Part shown: in pieces, positions 1 through 9,243 of the stretch
How positions within the stretch are numbered: the stretch's first letter is position 1
Layout of the letters: each line of letters starts with the position of its first letter
Virus record (IMG/VR): IMGVR_UViG_3300010938_000951
Coordinates: 202,900 to 266,899 of that record
DNA: 64,000 nucleotides
Reading direction: 5' to 3' (one strand)
Position numbers and translations under genes: made by a program
The notes under the pieces: model-generated
Databases searched by the model: none
What the model saw: the letters and a program-made list of their open reading frames with translations, nothing else
What the model was told of the DNA's origin: nothing

Positions 1-20
1 GTTGTGATTTTGTAGCTGAA

Positions 21-320
21 ATGGAACAGTGTACAAAAGTACAAGCAGCACAGAAAATACTACAACTGTATGAATCAGATGTAGATGAGGATAATGTGTA
101 TAACGCTCAAGATTTTGAGGCGCGCCTCAAAATAATGATGGATTTTTCTGACACCGTGCGTGATTTTTATCAGACTTATTCGACCGAAGAATCCAGGGTA
201 TATGTTGAGCAAGCGTGCAAAAAATTCGACACGCTGAACCATAAAAAGAAGCTTAATAATGAAGCGCTGAGTCGCATTGTTGAGCAACTTAAAGAATACA
301 TAAACCTATATAAACCATGA
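21..320 (+). CDS. hypothetical protein, probably 5'-truncated by the window edge
   Basis: Frame is open upstream of ATG 21 to the window start; TGA overlaps the ATG of the next gene (ATGA 317-320). Confidence 0.7.
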   Translation: MEQCTKVQAAQKILQLYESDVDEDNVYNAQDFEARLKIMMDFSDTVRDFYQTYSTEESRVYVEQACKKFDTLNHKKKLNNEALSRIVEQLKEYINLYKP

Positions 321-1510
321 CTAATGCCATAATTCTTGGCGATGTGCATCTGGGTAAAGGAACAAACATTGGCAAAGGCGGTGTTGGTTCTACTCTTAAT
401 AGCCGCATCGTTGATCAACTAAATTTATTAGACTGGACGTTAGATCGTGCAGTAGAGCATCATGCCGATCACATCATCATCACCGGAGACGTGTTTGAAG
501 AGCCTAGACCACATCCAGGTCTGATTACATTATTTATCGCATGGCTAAAGAAATGTCAAGTCCATGATGTTAGCGTTCACATCATTGTTGGAAATCACGA
601 TATTTTACGCAATGGGCTTGTATCAAATTCCCCGCTCGATATCGTTAGCGAAGTCGAACTAGAAGGGATTAGTGTCTATAAAGACATTAACACCATCATA
701 CTTGGCACAACAGCATTTACACTGGTGCCATTTCGTGATAGAAAATCATTTAGTGTCAATTCTAATGCGGAAGCAATTTCGCTTGTACGCGATAGCCTTG
801 TCTATGAACTAGCTAGTATCCCAACTACCTATCGAAAAGTGTTAGTGGGACATTTGGCTATTGAGGGATCAATTCCTATCGGCGATGAAATTGATGATTT
901 GACCAATGAGTTGTTTTGTCCTTTGGATATGTTTCAAGGATATGACTATGTTTGGATGGGCCATGTTCATAAGCCGCAAGTAATGAAAAAGAAAAATCCT
1001 TACATCGCCCATATTGGAAGTATGGATATTTCTAACTTTGGCGAAACTGATCATGCAAAGCATATTGTCATCTTCAATTGCGAAGAGGATAATTGGACAA
1101 GGGAATTTTTGCCCACTAGGCCCTTGCAAAAGATTGCCATCAGTGTTCCAAAAGATACAGAAGATACAACCTCCTATGTTTTAGATGAAATTAAGAAAGC
1201 GGGCGTTCAAGATAAAGCGATCGTTAAGGTCGAAGTGTCTCTAACTTCTCCAGACTTGAAATCAATCAATAAAGCCGCTATCGAGAAATATTTGACAGGT
1301 CATGGTGCCTTTAATGTAAATGCCATTTACGAATCTAAAAAAGTTAATCTTATTAAAAAGGATAATACCAATACAATCGATTCAAAAATGGATGTGGCCG
1401 CTGCTATTAAGACCTATGCACAAACATATATAGAAGATGCTCTGCGTCCAGGTTTTATTGAATTGGCTATGGAAATTCATAATACCTATAAATCCGAGGG
1501 CAAAGAATGA
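317..1510 (+). CDS. sbcD: SbcD/Mre11-like metallophosphoesterase nuclease
   Basis: GDVH, TGD, VGNHD, GH and GHVH phosphoesterase motifs; coupled to an SMC-like ATPase. Confidence 0.92.
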   Translation: MTNAIILGDVHLGKGTNIGKGGVGSTLNSRIVDQLNLLDWTLDRAVEHHADHIIITGDVFEEPRPHPGLITLFIAWLKKCQVHDVSVHIIVGNHDILRNGLVSNSPLDIVSEVELEGISVYKDINTIILGTTAFTLVPFRDRKSFSVNSNAEAISLVRDSLVYELASIPTTYRKVLVGHLAIEGSIPIGDEIDDLTNELFCPLDMFQGYDYVWMGHVHKPQVMKKKNPYIAHIGSMDISNFGETDHAKHIVIFNCEEDNWTREFLPTRPLQKIAISVPKDTEDTTSYVLDEIKKAGVQDKAIVKVEVSLTSPDLKSINKAAIEKYLTGHGAFNVNAIYESKKVNLIKKDNTNTIDSKMDVAAAIKTYAQTYIEDALRPGFIELAMEIHNTYKSEGKE

Positions 1511-3732
1511 GACCATCTAGATTATATGTAAAAGATTTTATGTGCTATGATGACGCGTATATTGATTTCTCACAATTCAATTCGGCTCTTATCATAGGCA
1601 AATCAGATAATCCAGATGTTTCCAATGGTGTTGGCAAGACTACGCTTTTTAGAGCAATTGAATATGTTCTTTTTAATTACTCGGATGTTAATCTGGAAGA
1701 TATTATTCGTGATGATGCTGATAAGTGCAGTGTAACTCTTGATTTTATTGTAGGTAACGAGGAATACAGAGTCACGCGCACACGCACGCGCAAGGGTACA
1801 ACCGATCTTACTCTTTACAAACGTACTGCGTTGGATGGCGAAGAAACAGAAGTATTGCATTCTATTAATGGAGATCGTTACATTCCCTTATTAGATGATG
1901 TAGAAAAATACTGGAAAGACATATCTGGACGTCGTGCCGCTGACACTGACAAAGAGTTAGCAAAACTAGTTAAGGTGAATTTGAAATCCTTTAGGATATT
2001 TATTCACTTCTTACAACGTGATTTTGGTGGGTTAACAACAGCTACACCTGAAACGCGTAAAAAGATTTTGAAAGATGCTTTGAATTTAATTGTGTATTCA
2101 AAATTAGAAAAGCTTGCTAAAGAGAAATCGTCCGCCCTTCAAAAAGAGTCGGACAAATTTCGCACACTCATCAACAGCTTAGGGGATCCTGATGCTACTA
2201 TGGCAGAAATCTCTAGCAAATTAATAGATGTGGAAAAAGAAATTTCTAGTCGTTCACTTAAAGTTGGAGATTTAGAAGTTCAGATAAACGCAGCTAATGA
2301 AAATGTCAATAGGCTTGTTAATGAGCACTCTAATTTAGAAAGTAAATTCTCTAATTTGGTCGAGAAAGAACAATCTCTTAACGTAGAGAAAACCAAAATA
2401 GAAACATCTATTAAAGAATATACTACTAAAAAATCTAATGTTATTAAGGTTGCCCATGAGGCCGTAGCTGAGCTTAAACAATTGGAAGAAACTCAAATCA
2501 AACTAGTTGATTTAGATTATAATCAAATAGATGTTCTTTCCGAAAAGATTGTTTCAAATAAAGAAAAAATAGCCCAACTAAGCCTTACTATTCAAAATGA
2601 TTTGGCAAGAGTCGATAAGTTAAGAAAACCTATTCCTGAAGATGGCGAATGTGAAGAATGTCGCCAACCAATTACGGCAGAACATAGAAAAATTTGCCAA
2701 CAGAAACTTGATCAGGAGTTGCGTGAGAAGCAGGTTAATATTCAGTCTTGTAAGAAGGATATTGCTGCATTGAATGCTGAAAATGCCGTTCATCAGCAAA
2801 CCATTAATACATTAACGCTTTCTAAACAGCACCTAGAAAGTATTAACAACAAAATCTCTGCCAAGAAAAAAGAAGTTACTGATAAGCGTGCCATTCATGA
2901 TGAGTATAAGGTATTATTGGATAAGTTTACCTCTGAATTAGAAGATAAAATTAAAGAGATGGATGCTATTACTGAGCAGCTTCAAAACTCTTCTGCGATT
3001 AAAGAGGCAAAAATTCTTGAAAAACAAATTCAAGAAGAGAGGCAAAAAGCAAAATCTATTGAATCACAGATTCTTATCAATAATAAAGAACTGAATCATT
3101 TTAATAGCACCAAAGCTGTTTTACAACATGATTTAAATCAAAGAATAGATGAAAAGCGCAAGAAAATAGAATATACAAAGTTGCTAAAAGAAATTGAAGA
3201 CAAGTTAGGTATGTACCCAGCAGTTGTTCAAGCTTTTTCTAGTACTGGTATTCCTAATTTGATTATACAAAATGTTCTTGATGATTTACAAATTGAGGCC
3301 AATACATTGCTAGCTCAATTAAAACCGGGTCTACAATTATCTTTCTCAGTTGAGAAAACCGTAGAAAAGACAGGCGATCAAGCAGATACATTAGATATTC
3401 ATTATACCGTTAATGGTAAGAAACGATATTATGAAAATATTTCTGGGGCCATGCAATTAGCAGTTAACTTTAGTTTAAAGTTAGGTCTATCTTTCTTGTT
3501 GCAAAAATTAAGTGGCGTAGATGTTCGCTTCTTGTTGTTAGATGAGATTGATCAATCTTTAGATAAAGCTAGTGTAGATTTCTTTGCTGATATAGTGAAG
3601 CTCTTTTCTAAAGACTATACTATATTGGTCATTACTCATAATGATCGTTTGAAAGATAAATTCTCACATGCAGTGTTAGTGGAACAAGATATAAATATGG
3701 TATCACGTGCGAAGGTTGTATCTTCGTGGTGA
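1507..3732 (+). CDS. sbcC: SbcC/Rad50-like SMC ATPase
   Basis: Walker A GVGKTT, long coiled coil with central CEEC Zn hook, signature ISGAM, Walker B LLLDEID, H-loop ITHN. Confidence 0.92.
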   Translation: MRPSRLYVKDFMCYDDAYIDFSQFNSALIIGKSDNPDVSNGVGKTTLFRAIEYVLFNYSDVNLEDIIRDDADKCSVTLDFIVGNEEYRVTRTRTRKGTTDLTLYKRTALDGEETEVLHSINGDRYIPLLDDVEKYWKDISGRRAADTDKELAKLVKVNLKSFRIFIHFLQRDFGGLTTATPETRKKILKDALNLIVYSKLEKLAKEKSSALQKESDKFRTLINSLGDPDATMAEISSKLIDVEKEISSRSLKVGDLEVQINAANENVNRLVNEHSNLESKFSNLVEKEQSLNVEKTKIETSIKEYTTKKSNVIKVAHEAVAELKQLEETQIKLVDLDYNQIDVLSEKIVSNKEKIAQLSLTIQNDLARVDKLRKPIPEDGECEECRQPITAEHRKICQQKLDQELREKQVNIQSCKKDIAALNAENAVHQQTINTLTLSKQHLESINNKISAKKKEVTDKRAIHDEYKVLLDKFTSELEDKIKEMDAITEQLQNSSAIKEAKILEKQIQEERQKAKSIESQILINNKELNHFNSTKAVLQHDLNQRIDEKRKKIEYTKLLKEIEDKLGMYPAVVQAFSSTGIPNLIIQNVLDDLQIEANTLLAQLKPGLQLSFSVEKTVEKTGDQADTLDIHYTVNGKKRYYENISGAMQLAVNFSLKLGLSFLLQKLSGVDVRFLLLDEIDQSLDKASVDFFADIVKLFSKDYTILVITHNDRLKDKFSHAVLVEQDINMVSRAKVVSSW

Positions 3733-3741
3733 GGAGGTTGG

Positions 3742-4368
3742 ATGTATAGAATTGCGATTTGCGGTAAAGCTAACACTGGCAAGAATACATTAGCTAACCT
3801 ACTTTATCAAGAAGCCTACGAAAAAGATAATGCGACATTGATATCCAATGGGGGACTAGGCTTGCAAGCTTATTCTGGGAAGTTTATGGCGTTTGCTGAT
3901 CCAATCAAAGAAATTGTGATGACTATGTTTCCTAGAGCTAACAAGGAATGTTTATATGGCCCATCTCATTTGCGCGCAGAAATTATTCCTGGCGCTTTTA
4001 AAGATGGTAAACCGTTAACATATAGACAGGCTTTAATTGATATTGGTACAGAAGTAGGACGCAAATATAGTGATAGAATTTGGTTAGATAATTTTGATCA
4101 TCGTTTTGAAGAAATATCTAAAAAGAAATTGAACATTGTTGTAGTGACTGACGTTCGTTTTCGCAATGAATTTGACCACCTTAAGGAAAAGGGGTTTTTC
4201 CAAATCCGATTGTATCGAGATACAGGCGCTCCTGAGATCCAACATATTAGTGAAACTGGTCAAAGCTCTATTAAGGACGAAGAGTTTGACTATGTATTAA
4301 TCAACAATAAATCTCTGGAAGAATTAAAAGAGGAGGTTCGTTGTCAGATCATACCCAGAATTTCTTAA
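3742..4368 (+). CDS. deoxynucleoside monophosphate kinase (T4 gp1-like)
   Basis: P-loop GKANTGKNT, FADPIKE, RQALIDIGTEVGR, VVTDVRFRNE and HISE motifs. Confidence 0.85.
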   Translation: MYRIAICGKANTGKNTLANLLYQEAYEKDNATLISNGGLGLQAYSGKFMAFADPIKEIVMTMFPRANKECLYGPSHLRAEIIPGAFKDGKPLTYRQALIDIGTEVGRKYSDRIWLDNFDHRFEEISKKKLNIVVVTDVRFRNEFDHLKEKGFFQIRLYRDTGAPEIQHISETGQSSIKDEEFDYVLINNKSLEELKEEVRCQIIPRIS

Positions 4369-4718
4369 TAGAAAAGGCTATTAATACTTTCGTATATGCT
4401 CAAATGAGCGTTGAAGCCCTGAAAAAGAATTTCGTACCTAAATACCTGGCGACAGGAGAGCAAAAATTCTATCGCTTTCTAATCCTCTACGCTCTAAATA
4501 AACTAATATATATTGAAAAAGGCTCCTTCAAGGGTAAATCACCCGAGTTGGAGTTTTTAGATTATTATGACCAATTCATAATTTTGTATAGAAGAGAAGG
4601 TGAGGATGTTTATCTTGAGCTAGCCCGAGTATTTAGAAAGGCAGCGCATAAAGTTTATCGAGTTATGTTAAAAAAGAATATGACCGAGAGAAACGCAAAA
4701 TTCCTCAATTTGGTATAA
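4341..4718 (+). CDS. hypothetical protein (more likely start ATG 4404)
   Basis: ORF fills the gap between flanking genes; no motif recognised. Confidence 0.65.
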   Translation: MSDHTQNFLIEKAINTFVYAQMSVEALKKNFVPKYLATGEQKFYRFLILYALNKLIYIEKGSFKGKSPELEFLDYYDQFIILYRREGEDVYLELARVFRKAAHKVYRVMLKKNMTERNAKFLNLV

Positions 4719-4719
4719 T

Positions 4720-5754
4720 ATGGCAGTTATCAGCGTTACAATTACACAATCATCAGAACAAATAGTCGCCGGAATTCCTAAAACAGTTTCTATAACTACT
4801 AACATTCCAGCTACTATTGTTTATACATTGGATGGAACTGATCCGACCTTGTTTTCTACTATTTATACTGGTCCAATCTTTTTACCATTTGATGAATTAT
4901 TAGTAACTCTCAAAGTACTAGCCACTAATGGTGTCGATTCTTCTCCAATAGTTGTTGAGCAGTATATGACTGATATAGTTAATAGTAATGCTCGTTTGCC
5001 ACATGCTAGTACTACCGCTCAAGCTGGAAGTGTAATTCCTGATGCATATCCTTTTGGTACTCCGCCTTTTCAACCTCGGCAAGGTTATTTGAATCCGGCT
5101 GATGCTGGACCATATGGCGGGGCGGTTTATAATCCGGCTTTACCGGCCACCCCTACAGGTTTTGATGGCCAGGGTAACCCAACAGGCTATACTAACCAAC
5201 CATACAATATTACAAATTATCAGGTTACATATACAAATAGAGACGCCTCAGGTAATCAGGGCGGTAATATTGGGAACATACCCGGTAAAACTACGTTACC
5301 ATATCCAAGCGATGTGCAGCCAGATAGGGGACAAACTTCTGGACAGGGACCAGAAGAAAGCAGTCAGTTTACATCATTGTTTGATCCTAGGGCAATGGTT
5401 ATTTTTCAAGATTTTAGCAAAGAAGACCCTAACGATCCGCCACAAATTAATAGACAGTTTTTTACACTGGAAAACCCAGAAAGAGCAAGAGACGGCACAT
5501 TTTATTTTAATACAGGACAAGATGCCTCTGCTCCAATTAGTGGTTCATTTGTAAGGGCACATTATAATCCACGCACAAATACTATTACGCACTATTATAG
5601 AGACTCTTGGTCGAATAAATGGATTATTTCAACGGCCCCATATCAACCTACGGGTACATTTGATGGGAACATGGCTCAAATGGCCATGGGAACCAAGAGT
5701 GGCGCTGGCGTTGTTTTTGAATGGCTTCCATTTGCAAGACGTGTTCTATTCTAA
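4720..5754 (+). CDS. protein with N-terminal chitobiase/beta-hexosaminidase C-terminal-like Ig/FN3 domain and G/P/N-rich linker
   Basis: TIVYTLDGTDPT...IYTGPI motif typical of CHB_HEX_C-like domains. Confidence 0.6.
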   Translation: MAVISVTITQSSEQIVAGIPKTVSITTNIPATIVYTLDGTDPTLFSTIYTGPIFLPFDELLVTLKVLATNGVDSSPIVVEQYMTDIVNSNARLPHASTTAQAGSVIPDAYPFGTPPFQPRQGYLNPADAGPYGGAVYNPALPATPTGFDGQGNPTGYTNQPYNITNYQVTYTNRDASGNQGGNIGNIPGKTTLPYPSDVQPDRGQTSGQGPEESSQFTSLFDPRAMVIFQDFSKEDPNDPPQINRQFFTLENPERARDGTFYFNTGQDASAPISGSFVRAHYNPRTNTITHYYRDSWSNKWIISTAPYQPTGTFDGNMAQMAMGTKSGAGVVFEWLPFARRVLF

Positions 5755-5795
5755 ATCGATATATAGATTATTATACATTAAACGAAAGAATATTA

Positions 5796-6581
5796 ATGAC
5801 AGAAGATTTACGTTTGTCGGTTAGCAAGACCAAGACCTTCTTGGATTGTAAAGCTAAGTATAAATTTTGCTACATTGAAAAGTTACCACGAAAAGATTGG
5901 GATTTTCATATTTTTGGTAAGTTTTGCCATAGTGTTTTAGAGTATTTTCATAAACAATATATTGAGGGGTGCTTGTTACCATATAATGTTACTATGAATG
6001 ATGCTTTTAAGCATGCACTTTCTGAATTTAAAGATAAGATGACTCCTGAAATGAAAAAGGAATGTTGGCAAATTATTGACCAATATCTGCGTTTAATTAC
6101 AAAAGATAAACAAAGTGGTATGCCAGCCAACGTAATTGCTGTGGAAAAAAGATTTGATTTTGCCATCGCAGAAAATCTTGTTTTAAACGGAGCAATTGAC
6201 AGGATTCAATTAGATGACGATAATGTTATCCACGTGGCGGACTACAAGACCACCAAACATAAAAAATATTTGAAAAATGATTTCTTCCAACTTTTAACGT
6301 ATGCTTATGTTATAGTGTCCCAAGACCCAACTATAGAAAAAGTTAGAGCATCGTATATTTTACTCAGACACAATTTTGAATATGTAACAACTGAGTTTAA
6401 CAAGGAAGAAATTTTGGCAGTAAAAGATAAATATGAAGAATACGCAAAACAGATGCTTGCAGAAAAGGAGTTCCCTCCTAATCCAACCAACCTCTGTAAT
6501 TACTGCGATTATTTACAAGAATGTCCTGCCGGCAAGAGTAAAGCTTTTGATCAACAAGTTTACGGTGAAGTTAACTGGTAA
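5796..6581 (+). CDS. PD-(D/E)XK RecB/Cas4-like exonuclease with probable Fe-S cluster
   Basis: LSVSK..FLDC, GKFCHSVLE, GAIDRI, DYKT and C-terminal CNYCDYLQEC; ATG 5796 chosen over the track start at 5721. Confidence 0.85.
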   Translation: MTEDLRLSVSKTKTFLDCKAKYKFCYIEKLPRKDWDFHIFGKFCHSVLEYFHKQYIEGCLLPYNVTMNDAFKHALSEFKDKMTPEMKKECWQIIDQYLRLITKDKQSGMPANVIAVEKRFDFAIAENLVLNGAIDRIQLDDDNVIHVADYKTTKHKKYLKNDFFQLLTYAYVIVSQDPTIEKVRASYILLRHNFEYVTTEFNKEEILAVKDKYEEYAKQMLAEKEFPPNPTNLCNYCDYLQECPAGKSKAFDQQVYGEVNW

Positions 6582-6590
6582 GAGGAAACA

Positions 6591-7838
6591 ATGCAAATTG
6601 AAGTAACTGAATTAGAACCATGCAGACTGTCTGTTCACTATGAGGCTAACTTCCTGGAAATCTCTGATAAGAGAGCAGAAGTTGAAAGTGCTTTTAAGAA
6701 AGCTCCTGTACCAGGATTTAGACCAGGTAAAGTACCACCTGAAGCTATTAGAGTTCATTATCGTCAACAGATTGACGACTCTCTAAAGCGCGCGCTTGCA
6801 GAAGATGCATTTCACAATACTCTTTTCGAAAAGAAAATTAGACCACATGGTGCCCCACGTTTTAATAGTTTACTATTAGACGGCGGTAAGTTTACTTGTG
6901 ACTTTGAAATTCTAACCAAGCCCGATTTTGAAGTGCCTGCTTGGAAAGATATGGAAGTCGCAAAGCCACACGGGGAAATGGAAGCGTCTGTTCTAGCCGA
7001 GAAAATGATGCAAGAGTTGCGTGTTCGTTTAGGTGAAGTATCTCCTTATACCGATACTGATTTCGTTCAATCTGGAGACAATGTCATCATTGATTATAAA
7101 GGCACCGTAGATGGTCAAGTTGTTGATAGTCTAGTGGCTGAAGGAGAGATGATTACTATTGGTAATAGCCCATTAGCCGCTTTTGATAACAACTTATTAG
7201 GTATGTCCTTAGATGAAGTCCGTGAATTTGATTTCGTGGCACCTCCACAAGGATTACCATCTTTAGCTGGTAAAACTGTTCACTTTACAGTCACATTGAA
7301 GATGGGCTCTAAGACCGTTCCATGTGCCCTAGATGATGAAATGGCAAAAAAGATGGGTAAAAATACGTTTGAAGAATTACAGGAAACTGTATCTCAAGCA
7401 GCTTTTGCTCGTGCAGCTAATATGAATAAGATGGCAGTTCAAGAAGCAGTAGCTAGAAAACTTATTACTAGTGTTGATATTAAAGTTCCAAATTGGATGT
7501 CTTTATCTGAAGCGCAATATCTAAGCCACCAATCCCAACTAGATTGGAATGCTATGCAAGATTCAGACAGAGAGAAAATGATTGAAATGGCCGAGCAAAA
7601 TGTTAAGTTATCTTTGATTCTAGATAAGATTAGAGAATCTGAGCCGGAAGCACAGCTAACTGACCAGGAAGTGTTTGAAATTATCAAACAAAATTTGGCC
7701 AATACCAAAGTGACGCAAAGTTTAGATGAGGTCATTCAGCAAATGAATAAGACAGGTTATCTACAAATTTTGTTCCAGCGCATTAAAGATGAAAATACTA
7801 TGGATTACATAGTAAAGTCAGTAAAGTTGATTGATTAA
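6591..7838 (+). CDS. tig: trigger factor (ribosome-associated chaperone/PPIase)
   Basis: MQIEVTELEPC start, PGFRPGKVP ribosome-binding signature, FKBP-like GDNVIIDYKGTVDG segment, C-terminal chaperone domain. Confidence 0.9.
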   Translation: MQIEVTELEPCRLSVHYEANFLEISDKRAEVESAFKKAPVPGFRPGKVPPEAIRVHYRQQIDDSLKRALAEDAFHNTLFEKKIRPHGAPRFNSLLLDGGKFTCDFEILTKPDFEVPAWKDMEVAKPHGEMEASVLAEKMMQELRVRLGEVSPYTDTDFVQSGDNVIIDYKGTVDGQVVDSLVAEGEMITIGNSPLAAFDNNLLGMSLDEVREFDFVAPPQGLPSLAGKTVHFTVTLKMGSKTVPCALDDEMAKKMGKNTFEELQETVSQAAFARAANMNKMAVQEAVARKLITSVDIKVPNWMSLSEAQYLSHQSQLDWNAMQDSDREKMIEMAEQNVKLSLILDKIRESEPEAQLTDQEVFEIIKQNLANTKVTQSLDEVIQQMNKTGYLQILFQRIKDENTMDYIVKSVKLID

Positions 7839-7854
7839 TATAGGAGAAAGTATA

Positions 7855-8175
7855 ATGGGAAAGAAAGATAATGGTCCGCTAACTTCATTACCAAAGAAGT
7901 GGGATGATCTCATTAAAAAGATGCCAGAGTTCAAAGACACCGCTGATGCTGCTAGTGTCGAAGAGCTAAAGAAAATTATTGTTGACTGTGAAGGAAATAT
8001 TTACACAGTTAGTAGAGAAGAAGAAGCTGATGATAAACTCACTGCTGCCAGAGAAATGGCCAAAGAATTATCAGCACCTTATCGCGATGCAAAGAAAGTA
8101 CAACAAGCAAAAATTCAATATGCTCTACTTTGCTTGGAGAGTAAGGGAGTAGACTTAGATAATAAAGGCGACTAA
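7855..8175 (+). CDS. hypothetical helical protein
   Basis: GGAG RBS before ATG 7855; stop overlaps next start. Confidence 0.7.
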   Translation: MGKKDNGPLTSLPKKWDDLIKKMPEFKDTADAASVEELKKIIVDCEGNIYTVSREEEADDKLTAAREMAKELSAPYRDAKKVQQAKIQYALLCLESKGVDLDNKGD

Positions 8176-8453
8176 TGAAGGTCGAAAGGTTCCTAATTCA
8201 AGCATGCTGTAATAAAAAGCAGATTGTCTTTAAATTAGACAAAACTGTTGATCAAAGTTTGCTTGAAGTTCTGAAAAGTAATGGGTTCACAGAAGCTGCC
8301 CACTTTACTAAAGCAGGAATGCTATATGCCGATAATCTGGACTTAATAGTGACGGGTCCATTTGGTGGCGATAAGCTCAATGCTAAGTGTAAAAAAGCAG
8401 ATTGTGACCAAATCCTCAATGATTTTGAGGCTTTACTTGTCAGAACGGGGTGA
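8175..8453 (+). CDS. small Cys-containing hypothetical protein
   Basis: TAATG coupling to the upstream gene. Confidence 0.7.
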   Translation: MKVERFLIQACCNKKQIVFKLDKTVDQSLLEVLKSNGFTEAAHFTKAGMLYADNLDLIVTGPFGGDKLNAKCKKADCDQILNDFEALLVRTG

Positions 8454-9121
8454 TAATGGCAAAGGGTAAAGGTTCTATCGCTGAAATCAGAAAGAAAGTT
8501 ACCAAAACCCACGAATTCATTTCGACTTCTTATCATGAGGCTGGACACACGGTTTTTGCGTTGTTGCACCTTATGAAAGTCAGCTCTGTGTCTGTTTTTG
8601 AAAATAAACATTTTAAAAGAGTTCATGGAATTTGTTATTATGATTATCCTAGTGATTTTGATGAAATTCAAGATCCTGATTTGTTAAATACTTTACTTAA
8701 AGCCGAAATTGGTGTTAGTTATGCTGGTTTAATTGCAGAAACTTCTTTGTTTAGAAGTATTTCTGGTTCTAAGCAGACGCCAACTTTTATCAGTTACGGT
8801 TCGGCCGATGATAATAAATCAGCCCGAGAGGTGATTAAAAAATATAATCTAGCACCTCCTGGGCCTAAAAGAACAGCTTATAAAAGAAAAATTATGAATG
8901 AAGTTCAATCTGAGCTTCATTCTCACTGGGACGCGGTAATGGTTATAGCTCATGCGCTATTTCGCCATCGCCGTTTGTCCTTTGTTGATCTTCAAGACTT
9001 GCTTACTAAAAAAACACATAATAAAAAGTTTTGGAAAGATCAATTCAAAAAGATTAGTTATTTTTACGATAATAGCCAAAACCTTGACGAAAAAGATTTA
9101 AAATCTATATTGTCAAGGTAA
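8450..9121 (+). CDS. stand-alone peptidase M41 (FtsH protease domain)-like protein
   Basis: SYHEAGH zincin motif plus downstream YAGLIAE helix; no AAA+ or transmembrane part. Confidence 0.7.
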   Translation: MIMAKGKGSIAEIRKKVTKTHEFISTSYHEAGHTVFALLHLMKVSSVSVFENKHFKRVHGICYYDYPSDFDEIQDPDLLNTLLKAEIGVSYAGLIAETSLFRSISGSKQTPTFISYGSADDNKSAREVIKKYNLAPPGPKRTAYKRKIMNEVQSELHSHWDAVMVIAHALFRHRRLSFVDLQDLLTKKTHNKKFWKDQFKKISYFYDNSQNLDEKDLKSILSR

Positions 9122-9243
9122 TGTAAGACCCACACCGTATTCCCTGGCACAGTACACGCAGTCTATCCTTAGATTGAAAATTCCCCTGAGATTGGGTAAG
9201 ATGTACACACGTGTTACAATACACAACCATATCAGGAGGTCAT

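Noticed and set aside
5796-6581. Cas4-like nuclease as evidence of a CRISPR system
   Set aside because: No repeat-spacer array or other cas genes seen; PD-(D/E)XK nucleases are common in phage replication modules
9122-9243. Possible ncRNA or tRNA in the dnaE leader
   Set aside because: Only short weak hairpins (for example GTGT-TACAAT-ACAC); no cloverleaf or recognisable family
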